Shown here: piece after piece, positions 26,619 through 35,601 of the stretch
How the letters are laid out: each line of letters begins with the position of its first letter
Position numbering within the stretch: the first letter of the stretch is position 1
NCBI GenBank assembly: GCA_964486825.1
Contig: CAZAQS010000002.1
Span: 100 to 64,099 of the forward strand
Direction: 5' to 3'
Length of the DNA stretch: 64,000 bases
Origin: an uncultured Anaerolineaceae bacterium
GTDB lineage: Bacteria > Chloroflexota > Anaerolineae > Anaerolineales > UBA4823
Made by a program: the position numbers and the translations under genes
The notes under the pieces: generated by a model
What the model was told of the DNA's origin: nothing
The model's database searches: none
The model's input: the letters and a program-made list of their open reading frames with translations, nothing else

Positions 26619-28505
26619 ATGTTTATGAAGAGAATCCGATTGGTTCTGATTACGGGCCTTGTGCTGATCCTGTCTGCCTGCTCCATTTCCCTGGCGGAGG
26701 ACATCGCCCCGCCACCTGGTGCGCAGCAACAACCAGCCCCGGCTGAGCAGAGCCAGCAAGTCAGCGGACCTCATTATCCCTTAGTGCCTCCTAACCCAGA
26801 AAATGGCGCTCCCATCTATGCCGAGAAGTGCGCTCCCTGCCATGGGGATACCGGGCAGGGGGATGGCCCCCAGGCTTCTCAGCTGCCCAACCCAACCACA
26901 CCTATTGGCTCCAGAGAAGTAGCCCGCAGGGCATCTCCCCAAGACTGGTATGCTGTCGTAACCAACGGCAACATGGAGCGTTTGATGCCTCCCTTCACCA
27001 GTTTATCCGATACTGAGCGTTGGGATGTGGTCGCGTATGCTTATACGTTAAGCATGACTGAAGAGGAGCTGGCACTTGGTAAGGAAATCTACCAGGCGAA
27101 CTGCGCCGCATGCCATGGCGAGAACGGGAATGGTAGAGGTTCTCAAGCCAGTAGCCTGTCTACTCCACCCTCAGATTTTACAAGCCAGGCATTCATTGCG
27201 CAGTACTCAACTGCCAATTTTTATCAGGCTGTCTCGGATGGATCAGCCGGAGATATGCATGCCTTCGAAGGTGTTCTGGAAGAGGATGAGATTTGGGCAG
27301 TCTCCTCCTATGTACGTAGCCTGGGATTTTCCAGCAGTGACGCATCTGAAATGGCGGAGTCAACCGCCCCCGCTCAACCCTCTTCCGATGAGCCCGCTAC
27401 CACCGCCGAAATGGGGGAGGGCAAAGTTCGCGGTACGATCTTCAACGGTTCCGGTGGAGGGCTGCCTGAAGACCTGATCATCACGCTCCACGCTTTTGAC
27501 GGCATGCAGATCGTATACACCGATACCACTACTCCCCTTGAGGATGGCTCCTACCAGTTTGAAAACGTAGAAATGGCGCCTGAGCGCCGGTTCTTGGTTT
27601 CCACTGAATACGGTCAGGCCACTTATATTTCAAGCCTGGCATCCGTAGACGTGGGAGGCCAGGATATCGCTCTGGATGTGACCGTTTACGATACGACCTC
27701 CGATCTTTCTGGTCTATCCGTCGAGCGGCTGCATATCTTCTTTGAATTTGGTGAGGAAGAGATCGTCCAAGTTGTGCAATTGTTCATCTTTGCCAACGAT
27801 AGTAATAAAACCATCATCCCGTTTCACGACGGTGGACCGGTAGTAGAATTTGCGCTCCCAGAAGGGGCTATGAACCTGCAGTTTCAGGATGGAGTCCTGG
27901 GCGAGCGCTACCTCCAGACACCCACCGGTTTTGCGGATACAGTCGCTGTCCGTCCTGGATCGGGGGAATACCAGGTCTTGTTTGCTTTCGATATGCCTTA
28001 TAAGCGGAAGCTTGATATCGTCCAACCGATCAATCTTCCTGTTGAAGCAGCCGTCGTTATGCTCCCTGAAGATGGGGTGAAAGTACGCAGTGACGTCCTT
28101 GTCGATGAAGGGCCACGTCCTGTGCAGGGAAGGACGTTGCGCATCTTCAGCGCCAATAATTTGGAAGCAGGCAGTATTCTGGATATCAACCTGTCTGGCG
28201 GCCTGGGCTCGGGTTTTTCGCTCACATCAGACTCGAATACCAGCCTCGTGATTGGCCTGGGTTCTTTCGGTCTGGTGATGATTATCGCCGGTGTCTGGCT
28301 TTTCTTCCGGAACCAGGACAAAACTCGTAACCTGGAAGGAGAGCTGGAAGAGGAGACAGAGCAGTACACTGAGGATGACGTCGATAGCTTAATGGATGCC
28401 ATTATCGCCCTGGATGACCTTTATGCCGAAGGGCAGCTGCCTGAAGAAGCTTATCGCAAGCGTAGGGCGGAGTTAAAAGAACGCTTGAAGGAGATTTCGG
28501 GCTAG
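26619..28505 (+). CDS. Membrane-anchored dihaem c-type cytochrome lipoprotein with a large extracytoplasmic extension
   Basis: Lipobox LILSAC; two CxxCH sites (CAPCH, CAACH); CarboxypepD_reg-like segment; a further beta-rich domain; C-terminal TM plus charged helical tail; start set at ATG 26619 (the 26520 extension overlaps the previous gene). Confidence 0.85.
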   Translation: MFMKRIRLVLITGLVLILSACSISLAEDIAPPPGAQQQPAPAEQSQQVSGPHYPLVPPNPENGAPIYAEKCAPCHGDTGQGDGPQASQLPNPTTPIGSREVARRASPQDWYAVVTNGNMERLMPPFTSLSDTERWDVVAYAYTLSMTEEELALGKEIYQANCAACHGENGNGRGSQASSLSTPPSDFTSQAFIAQYSTANFYQAVSDGSAGDMHAFEGVLEEDEIWAVSSYVRSLGFSSSDASEMAESTAPAQPSSDEPATTAEMGEGKVRGTIFNGSGGGLPEDLIITLHAFDGMQIVYTDTTTPLEDGSYQFENVEMAPERRFLVSTEYGQATYISSLASVDVGGQDIALDVTVYDTTSDLSGLSVERLHIFFEFGEEEIVQVVQLFIFANDSNKTIIPFHDGGPVVEFALPEGAMNLQFQDGVLGERYLQTPTGFADTVAVRPGSGEYQVLFAFDMPYKRKLDIVQPINLPVEAAVVMLPEDGVKVRSDVLVDEGPRPVQGRTLRIFSANNLEAGSILDINLSGGLGSGFSLTSDSNTSLVIGLGSFGLVMIIAGVWLFFRNQDKTRNLEGELEEETEQYTEDDVDSLMDAIIALDDLYAEGQLPEEAYRKRRAELKERLKEISG

Positions 28506-28521
28506 CCGGACTTTAGATCCT

Positions 28522-29259
28522 ATGATTGAAGTGCGCCAATTGGTCAAGCGTTTTGGGTTGAAACCTGTCTTGCGCGGATTGGATTTCCATGTCCAGGAAG
28601 GCGAGTTTGTGGCTTTACTAGGACCAAATGGAGCTGGTAAGACGACCTTTTTGCGTATCCTGTCATCGTTGTCTCGGCCTACTTTGGGAGAGGTAGCGAT
28701 TGCGGGATACCGCTTGCCAGCTCAAGCTGCTGCTGTCCGGCAGCGCTTGGGAGTGGTTTCTCACTTGCCCCTGTTGTATGGCGATCTTACAGCGGAAGAA
28801 AATTTGCGTTTTTACGGAAAAATGTACGGCGTAAAGAACCTGGATAAGCGCTCAGATTCCGTCCTGGAGATGGTGGGTCTCGATCACCGCCGTCGTGACC
28901 TGGTGCGTACTTTTTCACGCGGCATGCAACAGCGTCTGGCAATCGGGCGGGCAGTCTTGCATGACCCGGATGTGATGCTCTTTGATGAACCCCATACCGG
29001 GCTGGACCAGGATGCCTGCCGGATGTTGGATAATGTACTAAGAGAAGTAGCTGCTGCTGGGCGAACGGTTGTGATGACATCGCATGACCTGGCTCGGGCA
29101 GCCGATCTGGCCTCGCGCTTTGATGTGATCTCCAAGGGCTTCATCGTTGCCTCAGAGCAGGGATCGGCCATCCCTGTCGATGGCTTGTTGGCTTTCTACC
29201 GGGAGGCTCTCAGCAGTGAGCACCTGCTTTCCAAGGAGGAGGCCGTCCATGCGCTCTGA
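28522..29259 (+). CDS. ccmA: Heme exporter ATP-binding protein CcmA
   Basis: Walker A GPNGAGKTT; signature-like FSRGMQQRL; Walker B MLFDEPH; followed by ccmB and ccmC. Confidence 0.88.
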   Translation: MIEVRQLVKRFGLKPVLRGLDFHVQEGEFVALLGPNGAGKTTFLRILSSLSRPTLGEVAIAGYRLPAQAAAVRQRLGVVSHLPLLYGDLTAEENLRFYGKMYGVKNLDKRSDSVLEMVGLDHRRRDLVRTFSRGMQQRLAIGRAVLHDPDVMLFDEPHTGLDQDACRMLDNVLREVAAAGRTVVMTSHDLARAADLASRFDVISKGFIVASEQGSAIPVDGLLAFYREALSSEHLLSKEEAVHAL

Positions 29260-29965
29260 TATTGCTGTACAGGCGCCCAGAGTGGGAGGATTGGCTGGAT
29301 TCATGCGGGCGTTGTGGGCGGTTGTGTGGAAGGATCTGGCTGCCGAGCTGCGCAGCCGCGAGCTGATATCCGCCATGCTGGTGTTTGCACTGCTGGTCAT
29401 TTTTATCTTCAACTTTGCCCTGGAGCTCGAACCTGGTACCAGCGCTTCTGTGACCTCTGGTGTGCTTTGGGTTACCTTTGCTTTTGCGGGAACCCTCGGC
29501 CTGACTCGTTCGATGGCTATGGAAAAGGACCGTGGATGCCTGGACGGGCTGCTGCTCGCACCCGTTGACCGCAGCGCCATCTATTTTGGTAAAGCTCTAG
29601 GAAACCTGATATTCATCCTTTTGGTGGCGGTGATCGTTTTACCTGTCTACAGCATTCTGTATAATATCAACCTGTTCATCCCGGGTCTCCTGGTCGTGAT
29701 CCTGTTGGGCTCGATTGGTTATGTTGCCGTGGGCACTCTCCTTTCCAGCATGGCGGTTCAAGCTCGTACCCGGGACATGCTCTTGCCAATCTTATTGTTC
29801 CCGGTAGTAATCCCGATCCTGATAGCGGCTGTGAAGAGCAGCAGTGGTTTTATCGCCGGGTTCGAAATGTCCGAGATCTGGCCATATCTTAATTTACTGA
29901 TCGTCTACGACGTCGTCTTTACCTCGATCGCTTTTATGGTTTTTGACTACGTGGTAGAAGAATAA
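29249..29965 (+). CDS. ccmB: Heme exporter membrane protein CcmB
   Basis: 6-TM protein; ATG 29249 behind AAGGAGGA, overlapping the ccmA stop; the 29147 extension lies inside ccmA. Confidence 0.85.
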   Translation: MRSDIAVQAPRVGGLAGFMRALWAVVWKDLAAELRSRELISAMLVFALLVIFIFNFALELEPGTSASVTSGVLWVTFAFAGTLGLTRSMAMEKDRGCLDGLLLAPVDRSAIYFGKALGNLIFILLVAVIVLPVYSILYNINLFIPGLLVVILLGSIGYVAVGTLLSSMAVQARTRDMLLPILLFPVVIPILIAAVKSSSGFIAGFEMSEIWPYLNLLIVYDVVFTSIAFMVFDYVVEE

Positions 29966-30015
29966 CACCTGCCAAAGGTGGAAATCATGAATTCAAACAA
30001 GAGTGGAGTAAGCCT

Positions 30016-30714
30016 ATGGAAGCAAAACCTCGTTTTCTAATGACCCTTGATATCGTCACTGTGGCGCTGTTCCTGGTAGCAACCGCTATGGTGTTTTTTT
30101 ATGCCCCCATGGAAGTTTCTATGGGCCAGGTGCAAAGGGTTTTCTATTTTCATGTTGCCTCTGCCTGGGTGGGCATGCTCGGATTCCTGGTAGCTGCAGT
30201 CGCCGGGATTGGATACCTGCGCACTGGCAAACGTAGCTGGGATAACGTCAGCCTGGCAGCAGTGGAGATCAGTGTGGTCTTTCTCTTGATCGCAATCGTA
30301 TCGGGGTCGATCTGGGCCCGGCCGATCTGGAATACCTGGTGGACCTGGGACCCCCGCCTCACAACCACAACCATTATGGTCCTGATCTATGCTGCTTACC
30401 TGATGCTGCGTTCAGGTATCGAGGACCCAGACAGGCGAGCCCGCTTTGGCGCGGTATACGCTATCGTAGGATTTGTTAGTGTGCCCCTGACCTTTCTTTC
30501 TATTCGCATCTTCCGCACTATCCACCCGGTTGTAATCGGATCCGGAGACCCGACTGCGGAGGGCACTTTCGATATGTCAACTCGCATGCTGCATACCTTT
30601 ATCTTTGGCCTGATCGTTTTCTCGGTGATTTTTGTCAATTTGCTTTGGCATCGGGCTCGCCTGGGTGGCCTGGCCGACAAGGTAGAGCAGCTTAAACTTA
30701 AGCTCGTGGAGTAA
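30016..30714 (+). CDS. ccmC: Heme exporter protein CcmC
   Basis: WWD motif WARPIWNTWWTWDPRLT; 232 aa polytopic. Confidence 0.9.
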   Translation: MEAKPRFLMTLDIVTVALFLVATAMVFFYAPMEVSMGQVQRVFYFHVASAWVGMLGFLVAAVAGIGYLRTGKRSWDNVSLAAVEISVVFLLIAIVSGSIWARPIWNTWWTWDPRLTTTTIMVLIYAAYLMLRSGIEDPDRRARFGAVYAIVGFVSVPLTFLSIRIFRTIHPVVIGSGDPTAEGTFDMSTRMLHTFIFGLIVFSVIFVNLLWHRARLGGLADKVEQLKLKLVE

Positions 30715-30719
30715 TTAAC

Positions 30720-30980
30720 ATGGCTATGAATATTCCCTTATCTCTCTCCGGCTTTAATGAAGCCTTCCGCCTTTTCTTGCAAACCCAACAGGTAACGCCG
30801 GATACAAGTAGTTATATGATCGCCGGCTTCGTCGTGATCTTCGGAACCATGCTGGTCTATATAGCCAGTCTTGTTATCCGCTGGCGTAACTTGCAAAGTG
30901 ACCTGCAGATGCTTCATGAATTGGAGAAAAGACAACAGGCGCCTCTCAGTTCTGCAAGTCAGGTCGAAAAGGTCGCATAA
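30720..30980 (+). CDS. ccmD: CcmD-like small membrane protein
   Basis: 86 aa; single TM YMIAGFVVIFGTMLVYIASLVIRWR followed by a charged tail; position directly after ccmC. Confidence 0.55.
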   Translation: MAMNIPLSLSGFNEAFRLFLQTQQVTPDTSSYMIAGFVVIFGTMLVYIASLVIRWRNLQSDLQMLHELEKRQQAPLSSASQVEKVA

Positions 30981-31089
30981 ACAGTTAAATTGACGTGTTA
31001 TAGAGGCGGGAGGGGGCAACCGTCTCTTGACAGAATCCTATTTAATTTGTATTATTCCGTAAATACAAAATATATATTACAGATATAAG

Positions 31090-31133
31090 AATTTAATGCC
31101 CCGGGGGAAGCCATTTTCCCGGGGCATTAAATT
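31090..31133. terminator. Perfect 16-bp hairpin after the ccm operon
   Basis: AATTTAATGCCCCGGG (31090-31105), a 12-nt loop, then CCCGGGGCATTAAATT (31118-31133); AT-rich flanks. Confidence 0.6.
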
Positions 31134-31340
31134 TGCTGTCCTGGCTGTCCTAATCTATTTTGCTCCTTAATGGCTTTGATGGAGCATTTCAGATTGGTAG
31201 GGTTGGCATAGTTTGTGCACAAACATATGGGGTAGCTGTTTTACTTCTGGTCAGGTCTGGCTGGCTCTTGCTATCCTGATAGAAATGCTGGACTGGCTTC
31301 TATCTTGAGATATTGCCGGCTGAAGGAGATGCCGCCACTG

Positions 31341-33839
31341 ATGAAAAGCCTTCATATATTGGCAGTAGAAGAATCTGGTGAAGAGCTGGATGTGTTTTTT
31401 CAGCAATTGGAAACTGGTGGATACAGCACAGTCGCGCAGAGAGTGAATACCGCTTCTGCCTTATCATCCGCCCTGGATTCTAAAGCATGGGATCTGGTTG
31501 TAGCCCGCTATCCGATGTTCTCGCTCAATGGATCCTCTGCTCTCAGCTTCCTTCAAGACCGGGGTCTGGACATACCCTTGATCCTGGTGGCTGAGAAGGA
31601 ATCCGAAGTGGCTGCAATCCAGGCGATGAAAGCTGGAGCAACGGATTATGTGGTCATAGAAAATCCAGCCCGTTTCCTGCCCATCGTAGAACGGGAGTTA
31701 AGGGACCTACAGGCCAGGCGAGATGGTAAACGGGCAGAAAAGGTATACGCAGCTTCCTACAAGATCTCGGAAAGCGCCAGCAGCGCCGAGAACCTGCAAG
31801 AGCTTTTCCAATCCATTCACGCTATCGTGGGTGAACTCATGCCTGCGAATAATTTTTATATATCCCTCTATGACAAGACAACAGACCTGATCACTTTTCC
31901 TTATTATGTCGATGAAAACGACTCCCCACCTGGCCCCAACCGACCGGGGAAAGGCTTGACCGAATACGTTTTGCGCACTGGTAAACCATTGCTTGCTCCA
32001 GAGGATATTTTCAAGCAGTTGGAGGCTGCTGGTGAGGTTGAGTCGATTGGATCGCCTTCCGTAGATTGGCTGGGTGTCCCTTTAAAAGCTGAGGAAGAAA
32101 TCATCGGCGTCCTGGTTGTCCAGAGTTATACCGGGGGGGTCCACTTTAGTGAAGAAGACCTGAATATCCTGTGTTTTGTATCAACCCAGGTAGCAATGGC
32201 AATTGCCAGAAAACAAGCCGATGAGAAGCTGCGCCAAAGCGAGCTCCGTTACCGCAGCCTGTTTGAAAATTCGCCGATTTCCCTCTGGGAAGAGGATTTT
32301 TCCGGTGTAAGAAAGTTCTTTAATGAATTACGTCTGCAGGGGATCATTGATTTCAAGGCTTACCTCAATAAGCATCCGGAAGCCGTTGACGAATGCCTCC
32401 AACGCATTAAGGTATTGGATGTCAACCAGGCTACCGTCAAACTGTATAAGGCGCACAGCAAAGAAGAGTTGATTTCAAATTTGCCGAGAATATTTGGAAC
32501 AAATGCGAGGAATATTTTCAAGCTGGAGTTGTTAGCAATTGCTGATGGCAAGCGCGAGTTTGAAGGCGTAGGGGTCAATTATAAATTGACTGGTGAACCT
32601 ATCTACTTTATCTTGCGTTGGTCCATCTCGCCCGCCTACGAGCATACCTTATCGAGAGTCATCGTTTCGATATTTGATATCACAGAAAGACAGAAAGCCG
32701 AAGAGCAAATCCAATCCCAACTTCAACGTCTGGCAGCTCTGCGGACCATTGATATGGCTATCACCGCCAGCCTGGATTTGAGGGTCACGCTGGATGTGCT
32801 GTTGGACCAGGTCACCTCCCAGTTGCACGTAGATGCTGCCGGGGTCTTGTTGCTCAACCCTCATACCCAACTGTTGGAATTTGTAGCCGGAAGAGGTTTT
32901 CGGGGGAGTGGGTTGGGTCCCCAAAACCATCTTCTAAGCGAGGATTATACCGGGCAGGCTATTTTGGAACGCCGCACGATAACCATTCAAGAATTAGGAG
33001 AGATGCGCGACCTGCGCAGGGTGCAGCTGTTTCGGGAAGAGGAGTTCAAGACTTATTTTGTGGTTCCCCTGGTTGCAAAAGGGCAGGTCAAAGGTGTCCT
33101 GGAAGTCTTTACCCGCACACATCTCTCACCGGACCCGGAATGGTACGACTTTCTTGAAACCCTGGCAGGCCAGACCGCCATTGCAATTGATAATGCTTCC
33201 CTTTTTGAAAACCTGCAACGATCAAATATCGAGCTGGCCATGGCTTATGATGCGACGATTGAAGGTTGGTCGCGTGCCCTGGATATGCGCGATCGGGAGA
33301 CTGAAGGCCATACGGAGCGCGTCACCGAGATGACTTTGCGATTAGCAGAAGCCATTGGTATCAAAAAAGATTCCATGGTTCATATCCGCCGGGGGGCATT
33401 GCTGCACGATATCGGTAAGATGGGTATCTCCGATAGCATCCTTTTAAAGACCGGGCCGCTCGATGATGAAAAGTGGAAGATCATGCGCATGCATCCGGTA
33501 TATGCTTACGACTTGCTCGCACCCATCACTTATCTAAAACCTGCCCTGGATATTCCTTATTGCCACCATGAGAAATGGGATGGAAGTGGCTATCCGCGCG
33601 GCTTAAAAGATGAACAAATCCCCCTGGCAGCCCGTATCTTCGCCGTGGTGGACGTTTACGACGCTCTGCGGTCCGACCGGCCTTACCGGAAAGCCTGGCC
33701 TGAGGATAAGGTCCGGCAATATATCCGCGAACAATCGGGGAAGCATTTTGATCCTCAGATTGTAGATCTGTTTATGACTTTCCTTGAGAATGGGGGCATT
33801 CAGCATACCGAAGAGAGTTCGACTCCCCTCGATCCATAG
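31341..33839 (+). CDS. Pseudo-receiver / GAF / PAS / GAF / HD-GYP domain protein (probable c-di-GMP phosphodiesterase)
   Basis: C-terminal HD...HDIGK...HHEKWDGSGYPRGL motifs; REC-like N-terminus lacking the acceptor Asp; start uncertain (31329 or 31341). Confidence 0.88.
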   Translation: MKSLHILAVEESGEELDVFFQQLETGGYSTVAQRVNTASALSSALDSKAWDLVVARYPMFSLNGSSALSFLQDRGLDIPLILVAEKESEVAAIQAMKAGATDYVVIENPARFLPIVERELRDLQARRDGKRAEKVYAASYKISESASSAENLQELFQSIHAIVGELMPANNFYISLYDKTTDLITFPYYVDENDSPPGPNRPGKGLTEYVLRTGKPLLAPEDIFKQLEAAGEVESIGSPSVDWLGVPLKAEEEIIGVLVVQSYTGGVHFSEEDLNILCFVSTQVAMAIARKQADEKLRQSELRYRSLFENSPISLWEEDFSGVRKFFNELRLQGIIDFKAYLNKHPEAVDECLQRIKVLDVNQATVKLYKAHSKEELISNLPRIFGTNARNIFKLELLAIADGKREFEGVGVNYKLTGEPIYFILRWSISPAYEHTLSRVIVSIFDITERQKAEEQIQSQLQRLAALRTIDMAITASLDLRVTLDVLLDQVTSQLHVDAAGVLLLNPHTQLLEFVAGRGFRGSGLGPQNHLLSEDYTGQAILERRTITIQELGEMRDLRRVQLFREEEFKTYFVVPLVAKGQVKGVLEVFTRTHLSPDPEWYDFLETLAGQTAIAIDNASLFENLQRSNIELAMAYDATIEGWSRALDMRDRETEGHTERVTEMTLRLAEAIGIKKDSMVHIRRGALLHDIGKMGISDSILLKTGPLDDEKWKIMRMHPVYAYDLLAPITYLKPALDIPYCHHEKWDGSGYPRGLKDEQIPLAARIFAVVDVYDALRSDRPYRKAWPEDKVRQYIREQSGKHFDPQIVDLFMTFLENGGIQHTEESSTPLDP

Positions 33840-34067
33840 AGTTGGTGGTTCGTCGAAGTTATGTTCCCATTTATCCTGCCCGTCGAAAATTGGTGGTTGC
33901 GATAGGCTAAAGTTTGTAATATAGTTAGATGAATCACGCCTGTCTGCTTTGCGCTGTGGTTATATAGCAAGTCTAGGAAGGCCAGCCCTAGTGGGTGTTT
34001 TCGCCATGCTTCCAGGTCTTGCAGGGATAGAGAAGGTTATCTTATCTCACCGTTTGGGGCAATATCG

Positions 34068-35465
34068 GTGGCAACAAAAATTTTTTCCCACATCCAGAAT
34101 AAGTTCCAGGGGGAAGTGAGCGACCGTCCTGCCTGGCTTCCGTTTGGCCTGGCATTGGTTATGTTCCTGTTTTTGTTGATCTATTTCTTTAATAATATCC
34201 TACCATCCATCAACTACCATACCGGTCGCTGGGAGGCCCCGTACCTGTTTCCATTGATGGAGCCGGTAGGGGGGGACTTCCGGGATGGATATTATTATCC
34301 TGCTAGAACCTTATTAGAAGGAAATAGCCCATATCTGGTAAATGGGTTGATTTACCCTCCGTTTTCTGCCCTGTTCTCGGTACCATTTACCCTCTTTCCG
34401 GTAGAAACCTCCTACGCGATCCAGGTTGGGCTGTTGTTCCTTTTGAATATAGCGACCGTTTTGATAGCGATTGAATCTATCCGCCAGGCCTTGAAACAAA
34501 CCGCTCGCTTGTCTGGCCATGTATTCCCGCCTACAGCAGGCTTGCTCTTCGTGCTGATTTCGTTCTACACCCTGACAAGCTACGGTTTTATCTTCAGCGC
34601 AGAGCGTGGGAATTTCGATATCTATCCCCAGTTTTTCTCCGTTTTAGCCCTGTGGGTGCTGGTCAATAAACCGTCTCGTATTTGGCTGCCGGTGATCCTG
34701 ATCTCCCTGGCTGCTCACCTCAAAATATATCCTGCAGCTTTGTTTGCCCTGGTCCTTTGGGTGCACGGGAGAAAAAGCATATTGCCAATCCTGGCGACCA
34801 ACCTGTTCTTGCTCTTCATAACAGGGCCCCTGAATGCTATTGAATTCATCAAAATCATTACTGTTTATGCACTTGAGCCGCACCTGTGGGTAGGCAATCA
34901 CTCAGCGGCCTCATTTACAGCCTATTTGAACCAATACCTGCCGGAAAGGATAGGCATGACCCTACCAGAGTGGTTGTTCTACCTGGCGCCTGTCATCCTG
35001 TGGTCTGGGGGTGTTCTCGTTTTGTGGAATTGGGGAGGTACCTGGAGGCCTCTGTCGACGGTCTTGGTATTCGTATTATCGGTCCCCTTAATGAACCTGC
35101 TCCCCAGTGTCAGTCACGATTATAAACTGGTGCTTTTGAGCGCACCGCTGGCGATCCTGTTGATCCTGAATTTCTGGAAACTTGATAATGCGCGCCGTTT
35201 ATCCGGAGCAACCTTCGAGATTCTAAAAATCATCCTGCTGATGCTTCTCATGTTCGGAATCGCCAGGACAAATGTGTACACCCACCCAATTTTCAAGAAT
35301 AAATATCCCCTGATCCTGTTCTTACAGTTCCTGTCGATCCTGGAAATAGTTTCTATTACGTACTTCCGGCAACCGCTACGCTTTCTCCAATCACATCGGG
35401 CAAGTCCCCCTCCATATTCCGAAGAGGAGGATAAAGAAAACCTATTAACGCTGCGAGCACCGTAA
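34068..35465 (+). CDS. Polytopic membrane protein, possibly a GT-C/DUF2029-like glycosyltransferase
   Basis: 465 aa, over 10 TM; loops and length reminiscent of GT87/DUF2029 proteins; GTG start uncertain. Confidence 0.6.
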   Translation: MATKIFSHIQNKFQGEVSDRPAWLPFGLALVMFLFLLIYFFNNILPSINYHTGRWEAPYLFPLMEPVGGDFRDGYYYPARTLLEGNSPYLVNGLIYPPFSALFSVPFTLFPVETSYAIQVGLLFLLNIATVLIAIESIRQALKQTARLSGHVFPPTAGLLFVLISFYTLTSYGFIFSAERGNFDIYPQFFSVLALWVLVNKPSRIWLPVILISLAAHLKIYPAALFALVLWVHGRKSILPILATNLFLLFITGPLNAIEFIKIITVYALEPHLWVGNHSAASFTAYLNQYLPERIGMTLPEWLFYLAPVILWSGGVLVLWNWGGTWRPLSTVLVFVLSVPLMNLLPSVSHDYKLVLLSAPLAILLILNFWKLDNARRLSGATFEILKIILLMLLMFGIARTNVYTHPIFKNKYPLILFLQFLSILEIVSITYFRQPLRFLQSHRASPPPYSEEEDKENLLTLRAP

Positions 35466-35601
35466 GGGTAGATAACAGGATAAATAATAAGCCTACGCCT
35501 CATGGATCAACCCAATCAGGGCTCCCGCCATCATGGGTGCAGTGATTTGAGCGACAGCTTCGGTTATCTGGATCAATCCACTGGCGCGGCCGAATCCAGG
35601 C

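Noticed and set aside
31090-31133. Perfect 16-bp hairpin as a REP/MITE-like mobile repeat
   Set aside because: Only one copy is present in the window, and its position after ccmD fits a terminator.
33854-33867. CGAAGTTATGTTCC, a second near-match to the LexA box
   Set aside because: One core mismatch breaks the dyad. It sits just after the HD-GYP stop with no recognisable promoter around it. It is treated as a chance hit and as a caution about background frequency.
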